Shown one piece after another: positions 8,770 through 17,442 of a stretch of 51,491 nt of DNA. The DNA lies in assembly GCA_025449635.1 (NCBI GenBank), contig JANWIZ010000006.1, positions 1-51,491 on the forward strand, written 5' to 3'. The position numbers and the translations under genes are program-made. The DNA is from Patescibacteria group bacterium. Its GTDB lineage: Bacteria > Patescibacteriota > Microgenomatia > Woykebacterales > RBG-16-39-9b. How positions within the stretch are numbered: the first letter of the stretch is position 1; every line of letters starts with the position of its first letter. The notes below the pieces were generated by a model. It made no database searches, had not been told where the DNA came from, and saw nothing but the letters and a program-made list of their open reading frames with translations.

Positions 8770-9884
8770 AGCTTTACGAATTTGAGGCAAAAAATCTTCT
8801 ACGCTCTGCTGGAATAAACGTTCCGAAAAGCTCCCTTTTGTCGAACCCAGATCAAAAAGTAAAAATAAATGGTAAGTATCTGGGGAAAGCCCAGGTACTT
8901 TTTGGTGGACGTGGAAAAAAGGGTTTGATTTCTACAGACTACAAAACTCTTTTTGCGAAGAACAATGTTGACAAAGTGTTGGTTGAAGAGTTTCTTGAGT
9001 GTGAGCAGTTGTTTTATTTAGCAATAACTTATTCTACCAAAACGAGAAGCCCAGTGATTCTTTTTTCAACCAATGGTGGTGTTGATGTTGAAGACAATCG
9101 AGAAATTGAACAATTTCCAATTGATCTGGAAAACCCAACTTTACCTATAATTAACTCTGCCGTTGACATGGTTGTCAAAAAACTTTGGAACCTTTTTAAA
9201 CAGCTTGATGCAAGATTAGTTGAAATCAATCCATTGGGAAAAATTGGAGAAAATTTTGTAGCCTTGGATGCCAAATTTATACTAGATGACGATGCGTTGT
9301 ATAGACACCCAAACTTACAGTTTGAACCCCGAAGTCAACTTGGGATAAAACCTACCCAAGCTGAAAAACTAGCTTTAGAGATTGATAAGCAGGATCATCG
9401 CGGTAGTGCCGGCAGTAGTTACTTTGACCTCTCTGGAGACATAGCTGTTATAGCTGCTGGCGGAGGTGGTAGTGTGGTTAATATGGATGCTCTGATTGCC
9501 TTAGGAGGTAAGCCTGCTAATTATACAGAACATTCTGGTAACCCCCCTGCAGAGAAGGTAGAAAAACTTACCAAAATCGTTTTATCGAGGCCAGGATTAA
9601 ATGGTTTGTGGTTTGTGGGGGCAACAGCAAATTTTACAGATATGGTTGAGACTCTGTCAGGCTTTATCAATGGGTTAAGGACAATAAAACCAAAACCCAA
9701 ATACCCAATCGTAATCCGGCGCGGCGGACCACGTTGGAAAGAGGCTGAAAAAATGTTGCTCCTGATCAAAGAAAAGGAGCGTTTTGATTTTCATATTTTC
9801 GGTCCTGAAACACCAATGACAAGCACTGCCAAAATAGTTGTAGATTTAGTCAACAAGTATAAACAAAATAATAAACGAACTTAG
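8766..9884 (+). CDS. Citryl-CoA synthetase / ATP-citrate lyase beta subunit (ATP-grasp plus citrate-binding domain)
   Basis: MKLYEFEAK, KAQV..GGRGK, EINPL, LDAK as in SucC; AGGGGSVV..D, ANYTEHSGNP, ATANFTD, IRRGGP resemble the ACL citrate-binding domain rather than SucC. Confidence 0.85.
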   Translation: MKLYEFEAKNLLRSAGINVPKSSLLSNPDQKVKINGKYLGKAQVLFGGRGKKGLISTDYKTLFAKNNVDKVLVEEFLECEQLFYLAITYSTKTRSPVILFSTNGGVDVEDNREIEQFPIDLENPTLPIINSAVDMVVKKLWNLFKQLDARLVEINPLGKIGENFVALDAKFILDDDALYRHPNLQFEPRSQLGIKPTQAEKLALEIDKQDHRGSAGSSYFDLSGDIAVIAAGGGGSVVNMDALIALGGKPANYTEHSGNPPAEKVEKLTKIVLSRPGLNGLWFVGATANFTDMVETLSGFINGLRTIKPKPKYPIVIRRGGPRWKEAEKMLLLIKEKERFDFHIFGPETPMTSTAKIVVDLVNKYKQNNKRT

Positions 9885-9888
9885 AAAT

Positions 9889-10770
9889 ATGGCTATTTTA
9901 ATTGACAAAAAGACAAAAGTATTAGTCCAAGGAATCACTGGAAAGGAAGGTACTAGAGCTACTGAACAAATGCTTTCATACGGCACCGCTGTTCTCGCTG
10001 GCGTGACTCCAGGAAAAGGTGGGCAAGAGCTACTTGGGGTAAAGGTGTTTAATTCTATCAAAGAGGCACTTCTTAAAAACCCGGAGATTAATGCGACTTC
10101 GATATGTGTACCCGGAGCATTTGCAAAAAACGCAATTCTAGAAGCAATTGAAAACAAAATCCCATTAATTCATGTTCTTACGGAACATATCCCTATTGCG
10201 GACACTGCATATTGTTTTGCTAAAGCAAGAAAAATTGGGGTAAGAATAGTTGGTCCAAGCTCAATCGGTATAATTAGTCCAGGAGTTTCAAAGCTTGGTT
10301 CGATCGGCGGTCCTGACCCTAGTTTTAGTTTTTCCAAAGGCAAGATTGGCCTTATCTCAAAGTCTGGAGGTATGACCAGTGAGATTGCGTTGATACTTAA
10401 AAAAGCAGGTCTCGGGGTTTCAACCGCAGTTGGAATTGGAGGAGATGTGATAATCGGATCAACTTTCGCTGACCTATTTCCGTTATTTGAAGAAGACCAT
10501 GCAACTTCTGGTATTATTATTTTTGGCGAAATTGGTGGCAGTTATGAAAACGACTTTGCAAAACTCATACGTGATAAAAATCCAGCCTTCCCAGTTGCCG
10601 CCTTTATCAGCGGTCTTTTTGCACAAAAACTTCCTGAGGACTTGGCACTTGGACACGCTGGTGCAATAATAGAAAAGGGAAATTCCTCAAGAGCAGAAAA
10701 AATTAGAGAACTTAGAAAAGCAGGGGTCTTAATTGCTAATACTCCTGACCAATTAGCAGGTTTTTTTTAA
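9889..10770 (+). CDS. SucD-like alpha subunit (CoA-binding, phospho-His) of citryl-CoA synthetase
   Basis: VLVQGITGKEG, GVTPGKGG, TEHIP, GPSSIG, SKSGG, GIGGD, GEIGG, GHAGA. Confidence 0.88.
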   Translation: MAILIDKKTKVLVQGITGKEGTRATEQMLSYGTAVLAGVTPGKGGQELLGVKVFNSIKEALLKNPEINATSICVPGAFAKNAILEAIENKIPLIHVLTEHIPIADTAYCFAKARKIGVRIVGPSSIGIISPGVSKLGSIGGPDPSFSFSKGKIGLISKSGGMTSEIALILKKAGLGVSTAVGIGGDVIIGSTFADLFPLFEEDHATSGIIIFGEIGGSYENDFAKLIRDKNPAFPVAAFISGLFAQKLPEDLALGHAGAIIEKGNSSRAEKIRELRKAGVLIANTPDQLAGFF

Positions 10771-11256
10771 ATGAACCTCAAGAATCCGAAAACAATAGCA
10801 CCCAAATCACTTTTTGTAAAAGTACTTCAATGGTTTTACCTAATTACCGGAATCTTGACTGCAACATTTTTCCTCTGGTCTAAGCAAATTTCATTTTTCT
10901 CCTCGCCAAACATTCCTGGGGAGCTTATTTTGGCAATCACTGTTGCAGCTGGTTTGTATTGTTTAATACTCTCTTTGTCTTTTTTTGCTCAAAATACCAA
11001 TTTGCTTATTCTATCTTTGGTTTTAATCTTTTTTACGACCATATCTGCTCTTATTATGTTGGTAGTAACTATTCCCAATGCGCAAACTATTTTTAGTGGC
11101 AATTTACCAGAATGTTCGCGAAATCTAGCGCTGTGTAATCTTAAAGACGGCGTTATTGTGGCTTCGGCAATGTTTATGGCAATTTCGATACCCTTACTCA
11201 TTCTAAATTTTATTACTATCATTGGAGCAGTAATAGCAATTGCTGCAACAGACTAA
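10771..11256 (+). CDS. Hypothetical membrane protein (about 4 TM helices) inside the citrate cleavage operon
   Basis: Four hydrophobic stretches; loop CSRNLALC; 0-nt and 2-nt gaps to neighbours. Confidence 0.75.
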   Translation: MNLKNPKTIAPKSLFVKVLQWFYLITGILTATFFLWSKQISFFSSPNIPGELILAITVAAGLYCLILSLSFFAQNTNLLILSLVLIFFTTISALIMLVVTIPNAQTIFSGNLPECSRNLALCNLKDGVIVASAMFMAISIPLLILNFITIIGAVIAIAATD

Positions 11257-11258
11257 TC

Positions 11259-12008
11259 ATGAACAACGAAAAATTTGAAACTAAAATCAGTAAGCACGAC
11301 GAAAATGGAGAACCTATAATCCGTGGTTACAATTTGATTGAACTAATTAACAAAGTAAATTTCACTCAAAGCATTTTTTTGACGTTAAAAGGAGAGTTGC
11401 CAAGCGAAAATGAAGAAAAATTATTGAATGCCATTTTAGTTTCTTCTCTAGATCATGGGGTCGAAGCCCCATCGACTACAATCGCCCGTTTAACTGCCTC
11501 AAATGGAGTCTCAAGCTCTACTGCAATTGCTGCAGGAATTTCTTCAATTGGTGACGCCCACGGTGGAGCTGGCGAAGCTCTTGCCAAACTTCTTCAGGAA
11601 ACCCCTGAAAAAAATGCTTCAAAAATTGTGGTTGAATTTAAGGAAAAGAAAAAAAGAATCCCTGGTTTTGGTCACAAAATTTATGAAGTTGACCCTCGCA
11701 CACAATCCTTATTGAAAATTGCGCAGGATACTGGTTTTTATGGAAAATTTGTGAACCTTTGTCTCGAGATAGAAAGAGAGCTTGAAAAAGTTTCTGAAAA
11801 GAAGCTTCCACTCAATATCGACGGGGCAATTGCAGCTTTAATGAGTGAACTCGGGTTTGACTGGAGACTGGGGAAAAGTCTATTCATCATTTCCCGGGTT
11901 GTAGGAATTTCTGCTCACGTCCAAGAGGAGCAAACAACTGGAAAACCAGTAAGAAGAGTTTCTGAAAAGGATGTTGACTATACTGGTCCCACAAAACGAA
12001 ATTTATAG
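11259..12008 (+). CDS. Citryl-CoA lyase (short citrate-synthase fold)
   Basis: IRGY, DHG..PST, HGGA, IPGFGH, DPR, LNIDG, R..G..AH; 249 aa, shorter than citrate synthase. Confidence 0.88.
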   Translation: MNNEKFETKISKHDENGEPIIRGYNLIELINKVNFTQSIFLTLKGELPSENEEKLLNAILVSSLDHGVEAPSTTIARLTASNGVSSSTAIAAGISSIGDAHGGAGEALAKLLQETPEKNASKIVVEFKEKKKRIPGFGHKIYEVDPRTQSLLKIAQDTGFYGKFVNLCLEIERELEKVSEKKLPLNIDGAIAALMSELGFDWRLGKSLFIISRVVGISAHVQEEQTTGKPVRRVSEKDVDYTGPTKRNL

Positions 12009-12029
12009 CAAAAAGCGTAGAGCTACTAG

Positions 12030-13349
12030 CTAGCTCAGCTTAACCCGCAAATATTCACTTAGTTCCGTAACTGATACCCTTTTTTGTTTCATACTATCCC
12101 TTTCGCGAATTGTCACGGAATTATCCTCCAACGAATCGAAATCAACGGTAATACAAAACGGGGTACCGATCTCGTCAGAGCGACGATATCTACGCCCAAT
12201 TGAGCTAGTCTCATCATAAGTTACAAACCAGTTTTCTTTAAGATCTTTGTATATATCTTTAGCTATTATTTGTAATTTCTCGTCCTTCACCAAAGGTAAA
12301 ACTGAAACTTTGATAGGTGCTAATTTTGGGTTAAACTTAAGAACTGTCCGTGCCTCCCCCTTAATTTCCTCTTCAGTATAGGAGTCAATAAGAAAAGCTA
12401 GAAATGCTCGACCCACACCAACTGATGGCTCAATCACATACGGTAAATATTTATCCTTATCATCTTCATCAAAGTAAGTCAGGTCTTTACCTGAAGTTTT
12501 CATGTGTTGTTTGAGATCATAATCACCTCGGCTAGCAATACCCTCCAGCTCGCCAAAACCCATGAATGGCCAATCATACCAAATTTCCGCAGTTCCCTTG
12601 GAATAGTGAGCAAGATCTTCCTTAAGAAGCTGAACCAGTTTAATATTCTCTTTTTTTATTCCTAGATTTAAAAACCAGTTTAACCTTTCCTTTTGCCAAT
12701 ATTCGTGGGCTTTTTTCTCAGTTCCTGGTTTTACAAAATATTCAAGTTCCAACATTTCAAACTCGCGGACTCGAAAAAGAAAATTTCCTGTTGTAATCTC
12801 GTTACGAAAACCTTTTCCGATCTGTGCTATACCAAAAGGAAGTTTTACTCGAGAACTTTGCATCACATTGTCAAAATTGATGAAAATTCCTTGAGCTGTT
12901 TCGGGTCTCAAATAAACCACTTCCGCATCTTCTTCAGTTGATCCAAGTGAGGTCTTAAACATCAGGTTGAAGTCTTTAGCTTTGGTAAAATCCTTTTTCC
13001 CGCAAGTTAGACATTTGCTGTCCTGTGGTAAATGGTCAGCTCGAATACGGCTGTGACAGTTTTTACATTCAATTAACGGATCAGTGAAATTTTTGATATG
13101 ACCTGATGCTTCCCAAACTTTCGGGTGATGAAGAATTGTTGAATCTAAACCAAGTACATCATCGCGTTTTTGAACTATAGCTTTCCACCATTCTTCTTTA
13201 ATATTTTTTGCTAACAATGTTCCAAGTGGTCCCAAATCCCAAGTTCCATTTAAGCCTCCGTAGATCTCACTGCCTTGAAAAACAAAACCTCGTCTTTTAG
13301 CAAGTGAGACTATTTTTTCCATTATTTGAATTTTTTCGCTTGTAGCCAT
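12030..13349 (-). CDS. glyQS: Glycine--tRNA ligase, alpha2 (eukaryote/archaea-like) type
   Basis: KRRGF..SEIYGG, YLRPETAQGIF, GKGFRNEIT, ELEGIA.RGDYDL, PYVIEPS.G.GR, IGRRYRR.DEIGTP. Confidence 0.97.
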   Translation of the reverse strand: MATSEKIQIMEKIVSLAKRRGFVFQGSEIYGGLNGTWDLGPLGTLLAKNIKEEWWKAIVQKRDDVLGLDSTILHHPKVWEASGHIKNFTDPLIECKNCHSRIRADHLPQDSKCLTCGKKDFTKAKDFNLMFKTSLGSTEEDAEVVYLRPETAQGIFINFDNVMQSSRVKLPFGIAQIGKGFRNEITTGNFLFRVREFEMLELEYFVKPGTEKKAHEYWQKERLNWFLNLGIKKENIKLVQLLKEDLAHYSKGTAEIWYDWPFMGFGELEGIASRGDYDLKQHMKTSGKDLTYFDEDDKDKYLPYVIEPSVGVGRAFLAFLIDSYTEEEIKGEARTVLKFNPKLAPIKVSVLPLVKDEKLQIIAKDIYKDLKENWFVTYDETSSIGRRYRRSDEIGTPFCITVDFDSLEDNSVTIRERDSMKQKRVSVTELSEYLRVKLS

Positions 13350-13391
13350 AACTCAGGTAGCAGTATAAGCCAAATTAAGAGCTTTTTGCAA

Positions 13392-14015
13392 TTAAAACTT
13401 TGGATGACAATAATAGAAGATACAATCAGCTATTTTCTTTGTCATAAATCCTTCAATCAAGGCAGCCATTAATAATACTGCTGCAGCTAATATTAAAACT
13501 AGAATTAATTCTCTAAAATTTATTAAAAAAATTGCAAATCTCCTGCCTTTATTAAACTTAAATGTCCAATTAATCCCTAGCCTCAAACCAAAGGCTAATG
13601 ATAAAAAGGTAGCAAAATACTCAAAAACCCCGTGAGGAATAATTAATGCTATTAAATATAGTGGGTTCGCTAATGTATAGATTTTTGGATATCCAAAAAT
13701 CAAACCCAACAGAAAACCGTTTATAAATGTAACAAAAACTGCAGCTATCCCAAAGAAAAAGGAAAATAAACTTGCAAGAACTGTAATTGTGATATTTCGC
13801 TGATAAATAAACCCTGATAATTCCCAACCTTCTTTCAAATCAGGTTTTATCGATCGAACATAATGACCTATAATTTCTTCAGCCACCTTCGGTATAAAAA
13901 GTGAAGTTAACACCCCCACAACCGCACTTGCGAAAAACATTCCAGATACAATAAAAAACCATCTTCTATTACCCCAGATTAGGTTTTTATAGTAATTGGA
14001 TATTCGAAACAGCAT
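13392..14015 (-). CDS. Stage II sporulation protein M-like (SpoIIM/DUF95) membrane protein
   Basis: Multi-TM; RN, NG.LLG, IPHGVFE, AALIEGFMT motifs. Confidence 0.8.
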   Translation of the reverse strand: MLFRISNYYKNLIWGNRRWFFIVSGMFFASAVVGVLTSLFIPKVAEEIIGHYVRSIKPDLKEGWELSGFIYQRNITITVLASLFSFFFGIAAVFVTFINGFLLGLIFGYPKIYTLANPLYLIALIIPHGVFEYFATFLSLAFGLRLGINWTFKFNKGRRFAIFLINFRELILVLILAAAVLLMAALIEGFMTKKIADCIFYYCHPKF

Positions 14016-14016
14016 T

Positions 14017-14781
14017 CTAATGATAAAGTTTTTCCACCGCCAAAGTAAATCGAGGTGAATTGAGATCTTTTTCTAGAAAGAATACGGTGTAAAAATTCAG
14101 CACATCAAATAATTCCTTTAAAAGTTTCTTTTCCAAACTAAGTTTATAGATTTCTTCGAACGGAGTTTTTATCAAGAATCTTAAAGTTTTGATTGCTTCT
14201 AAACTCAGCGAACGTGAGAGTAAAACTTCTCGACTACAAGTCTTATCTACCAACCCTCCCAAATAGGGTGCTAGAAAATTTGTTTCGGGTTGAATCTGTT
14301 GATCACAAACTACACAATTTTGAAGTTGCGGTAAATAACCTACTTGGCTAAGAAACTTTAATTGAAAATTGGTCGCAAAAACTTTAGCTTTTTCCAAACT
14401 TGGACTATTATCAATTGCAACAAGAGTTGAAACTAACAAGTCAAATACAAATGGGCTTTCTTGCTCTTCTGTCAAAAATTGATCTACTAATTCAAAGAGC
14501 AAATATGTCAAACTCAATTTGGATAAATCCTCTTTGATATTATTAAAATTTCCCTTTGTTTCTACTTCAGTCAAGATTGGCCAACTTTTTGTCTCATGGA
14601 GAAATATTTTGACATGATTGAGAATTTCCAGGCTTCCAGCTCTACGAGAATTTACCTTTCTAACACCTTTGGCTAGAGTTTTTATTTTTCCCCTACTTCT
14701 TGTAAAAACCGTAACTAGTTTATCAGCTTCACCTAAATTTCTTCTTTTTAGTATCACTCCTTCAGCGCTAAAAGAATTCAT
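14017..14781 (-). CDS. recO: DNA repair protein RecO
   Basis: EGVIL..LGEADKLV..FT..RGKI..LAKGVRK; GYLPQL..CVVC zinc site (second pair partly lost). Confidence 0.93.
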   Translation of the reverse strand: MNSFSAEGVILKRRNLGEADKLVTVFTRSRGKIKTLAKGVRKVNSRRAGSLEILNHVKIFLHETKSWPILTEVETKGNFNNIKEDLSKLSLTYLLFELVDQFLTEEQESPFVFDLLVSTLVAIDNSPSLEKAKVFATNFQLKFLSQVGYLPQLQNCVVCDQQIQPETNFLAPYLGGLVDKTCSREVLLSRSLSLEAIKTLRFLIKTPFEEIYKLSLEKKLLKELFDVLNFYTVFFLEKDLNSPRFTLAVEKLYH

Positions 14782-14799
14782 AATTATATTTTAGTATAT

Positions 14800-16710
14800 T
14801 TAGATATCAATGCTAAGCTCTTTGTCGGTTGTTAGCTTAAATTCTTCTTTTTTCACTCCGTTTATCTTAATGATCATTTCAATTTCATTTACCCCTGGTT
14901 GCTTCTGAATCAACATTTTATACTTTTCACCTACTTTAACTTTAAAAGGTAGTTGATATGTAAAATTAGATGTTGAAGAACTTTTTGGATAAGTTGGTCC
15001 AAACCCTCGATAAACCTCCTTATCTAACTCCTCTCCGCTTGTAAAATCCTTAAATACTTTCTTACTAACTAGAGTTGATCCCTCTGGGACAAATAACCTC
15101 ATCCAGTTTAGATAAATCGAAACCAACCATCCATCCGCTTTCACTGGGTTTGTTAAAGTCACATCTACATTTTTGGTAACCTTACCTTCGGAATCGATTT
15201 TAATATCTTGAACTACTTTTTGCTTGATATAAAGATTTCCCTTCAAACCTCCAAAATTTGAATTATTTAAATGAAAATAATCTCCCTCATAATCCTTAAT
15301 TCTACCAGCATAATTGTATTTTTCCGCTAATTTTTGTGCAAAATCGTTATGGAAATAAAAAAGAATATGCTTTCGATTTGCAGTATCAATAAATGCTTCA
15401 ATATAGTCCTTCATTTTATCCGGCTTTGCGCTCAACACCTTGTCTATTAATGTATCCATCAGCTCACCCATAAATCCTTTTCTATCATTACTATGTTTAT
15501 TTATTTTTTCTGCGTAAAGCTCTAATTTATAAATTACATCTGGAATTCCTAGCTTGTTTTTCTCTGCCGACCACACCTCTCTTGTCTTTTTTGTCCTTAT
15601 CGGACCACTGACTTCTAAAATACTTTTCACAAACTCTGTGTCTAGAGCAAAAACTCCATCAACTTTAGGCATTTTTGGGATCGTGTTATACATCGCTTCA
15701 AATTTCTCCGCGGATATTTTATAGTCGGGAGAAATATTAGAATCACGAATGGGTAAAAGAGTCCACCCAATATATTTTTTTATTGCTTCAGGAGCTTTTT
15801 CAGTATCCCGATATTTCAGATCAAGTTTATAGATATCATCACTTTCCGTCTCAACAATTTTCCCACCTTTCATTTTTATCAAAGCATAGGCTGTGATAAA
15901 ACCTCCTGTAGCTCTAAGCTCTTTGTCGTTTTGCAATAATATTAAATAAGTTTTTGCAGTGGGTTCTCCGGCTAGTTCGGGGGCAACTTGCAAAATTGGC
16001 TTTGTCTCGGGAATAAACTTGCTAAGTTTTTCTAAATAATCTTTTGTTACGTTCAAAGTTTCTTTAACCCTTACACCTTTTACTTCCATACTTGACGGGT
16101 ATCGACTTGGGTTTACTTTATCCATTTCTAACTTAATTTTGTTTACCCCAATTTCAATATCTTCAACCAACGGGATTATTTGTGGTATTACCTCTTTAAC
16201 TATTTTCTGTGCTTTTTCTTCAGCTGTTACTTCCTTTTCGTTGGTCTTAAATCCTAAAATTGCCGAAAATGGTTCAAACGCTAATAAACTTTTATCGCCT
16301 AAATCTATCCCAATCTCTGCAGCGTTAAGAAAATGACTACCATCGGAATAATAGCTAGCCGCTACTGGAATAAACTTAAGAAAAGAAAGTTTGTTGTATT
16401 CGGTTTTAGTAAGACTTAACTCTTTTTTTAGAGAAATTAATTCGGTTTCTGCTTGCTTTAAATCTTTGGTTTCCGATAGAGCTATTTCCAGTTTTTTTGC
16501 CTGCGCATAAGTGGAATCAATTCTAGCCATTACTGACTTCGCTTTTGGATAAACTACCACCCCCAGAATAAGCGATAGGACAATCACAGTGACCACTGCA
16601 AAGGCAAAGGAAATTAGTAGTGTTTTAAAGAACAATTTAAAACGGCCTTTACTCGGTTTACCTTCGACTTTAATTTCTCTGGCACTCGCATCAATATAAG
16701 TAATTGCCAT
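14800..16710 (-). CDS. DUF4012-type membrane-anchored protein (TM, helical stalk, C-terminal globular domain)
   Basis: YLILLQNDKELRATGGFI and RDSN.SPD motifs; start set at ATG 16710 (AAGGAG upstream; 16734 overlaps the preceding gene). Confidence 0.8.
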   Translation of the reverse strand: MAITYIDASAREIKVEGKPSKGRFKLFFKTLLISFAFAVVTVIVLSLILGVVVYPKAKSVMARIDSTYAQAKKLEIALSETKDLKQAETELISLKKELSLTKTEYNKLSFLKFIPVAASYYSDGSHFLNAAEIGIDLGDKSLLAFEPFSAILGFKTNEKEVTAEEKAQKIVKEVIPQIIPLVEDIEIGVNKIKLEMDKVNPSRYPSSMEVKGVRVKETLNVTKDYLEKLSKFIPETKPILQVAPELAGEPTAKTYLILLQNDKELRATGGFITAYALIKMKGGKIVETESDDIYKLDLKYRDTEKAPEAIKKYIGWTLLPIRDSNISPDYKISAEKFEAMYNTIPKMPKVDGVFALDTEFVKSILEVSGPIRTKKTREVWSAEKNKLGIPDVIYKLELYAEKINKHSNDRKGFMGELMDTLIDKVLSAKPDKMKDYIEAFIDTANRKHILFYFHNDFAQKLAEKYNYAGRIKDYEGDYFHLNNSNFGGLKGNLYIKQKVVQDIKIDSEGKVTKNVDVTLTNPVKADGWLVSIYLNWMRLFVPEGSTLVSKKVFKDFTSGEELDKEVYRGFGPTYPKSSSTSNFTYQLPFKVKVGEKYKMLIQKQPGVNEIEMIIKINGVKKEEFKLTTDKELSIDI

Positions 16711-16712
16711 TT

Positions 16713-17348
16713 TTAGACTCCTTCCCCTCGCCAAACGGCAAACGGGGTTTTGAGCATAATTTTTAAATCAAGCCACAGTGATTTTGCTCTAGCGTAATCT
16801 GCATCCATTTTTATTCTTTCCTCAAAGCCGATGCTGCTTCTACCAGAAACTTGCCAAAGTCCTGTAACTCCTGGTTTTACCGTGAGAGATGATTCAACCA
16901 GTTGTTTACAATTAGGAAATTTCTTGGTTTGTTCAGAAAGTTCATCGGGATAATAGGCTCTTGGTCCAATCAGGCTCATTTCATTTCTCAAAACATTAAT
17001 TAATTGAGGTAGCTCATCAATACTAGTTTTTCGCAAAAACGACCCAACTTTAGTAATCCTGGGATCTTTATCAAGCTTAAAGTTGTTTTGTTTGTATTTT
17101 TCCAAAAGTTCTTTGTATTTTGGATCAGTTCGAAGTAATTTGTGAGAATCCTTCAACATTGAACGAAACTTATACATCCTGAAAGTCTTACCCTTTTGAC
17201 CAACACGATTAGAATTTTCGACCAAAATCGGTCCTTCTGAGGTAAGTTTGATTGCAAGGGCAGCTAAAATCATAATTGGTAAAAGAATAATTAAACCTAA
17301 AATTGCTCCAACAAGATCAATTACCCGTTTTAGAAAAAAATAAACCAT
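16713..17348 (-). CDS. Minimal monotopic phosphoglycosyl transferase (PglC / WbaP C-domain family), priming GT
   Basis: KRVIDL, KFRSM, DPRITKVG.FLRKTSIDELPQL.NVL..EMSLIGPR, KPGVTGLWQVSGRS; probable start ATG 17348. Confidence 0.92.
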   Translation of the reverse strand: MVYFFLKRVIDLVGAILGLIILLPIMILAALAIKLTSEGPILVENSNRVGQKGKTFRMYKFRSMLKDSHKLLRTDPKYKELLEKYKQNNFKLDKDPRITKVGSFLRKTSIDELPQLINVLRNEMSLIGPRAYYPDELSEQTKKFPNCKQLVESSLTVKPGVTGLWQVSGRSSIGFEERIKMDADYARAKSLWLDLKIMLKTPFAVWRGEGV

Positions 17349-17384
17349 AGTTCGTAAGTGGAACCAATGTTTCGCCTGCCTTTG

Positions 17385-17415
17385 ACAAAATAGGCAAAGG
17401 TTGCCCACCTTTGCC
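17385..17415 (-). terminator. Terminator-like hairpin in the leader of the priming GT
   Basis: GGCAAAGGT-gggca-ACCTTTGCC (perfect 9-bp stem, 17415-17393) followed by TATTTTGT. Confidence 0.55.
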
Positions 17416-17433
17416 CTAGATATTCTAGTTCAA

Positions 17434-17442
17434 ATTATATCA
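17434..17442 (-). promoter_or_regulatory. Extended -10 element overlapping the manC stop codon
   Basis: TGA-TATAAT is a perfect TGnTATAAT. Confidence 0.55.

Noticed and set aside
8766..12008. Annotation as sucC-sucD plus citrate synthase (oxidative TCA cycle)
   Set aside because: The beta subunit has ACL-type citrate-binding motifs, and the 249-aa protein is too short for citrate synthase
17360..17420. c-di-GMP-I riboswitch suggested by GGCAAA
   Set aside because: The downstream GNRA / GACGCAAAGC architecture is absent; GGCAAA is simply one arm of a perfect hairpin
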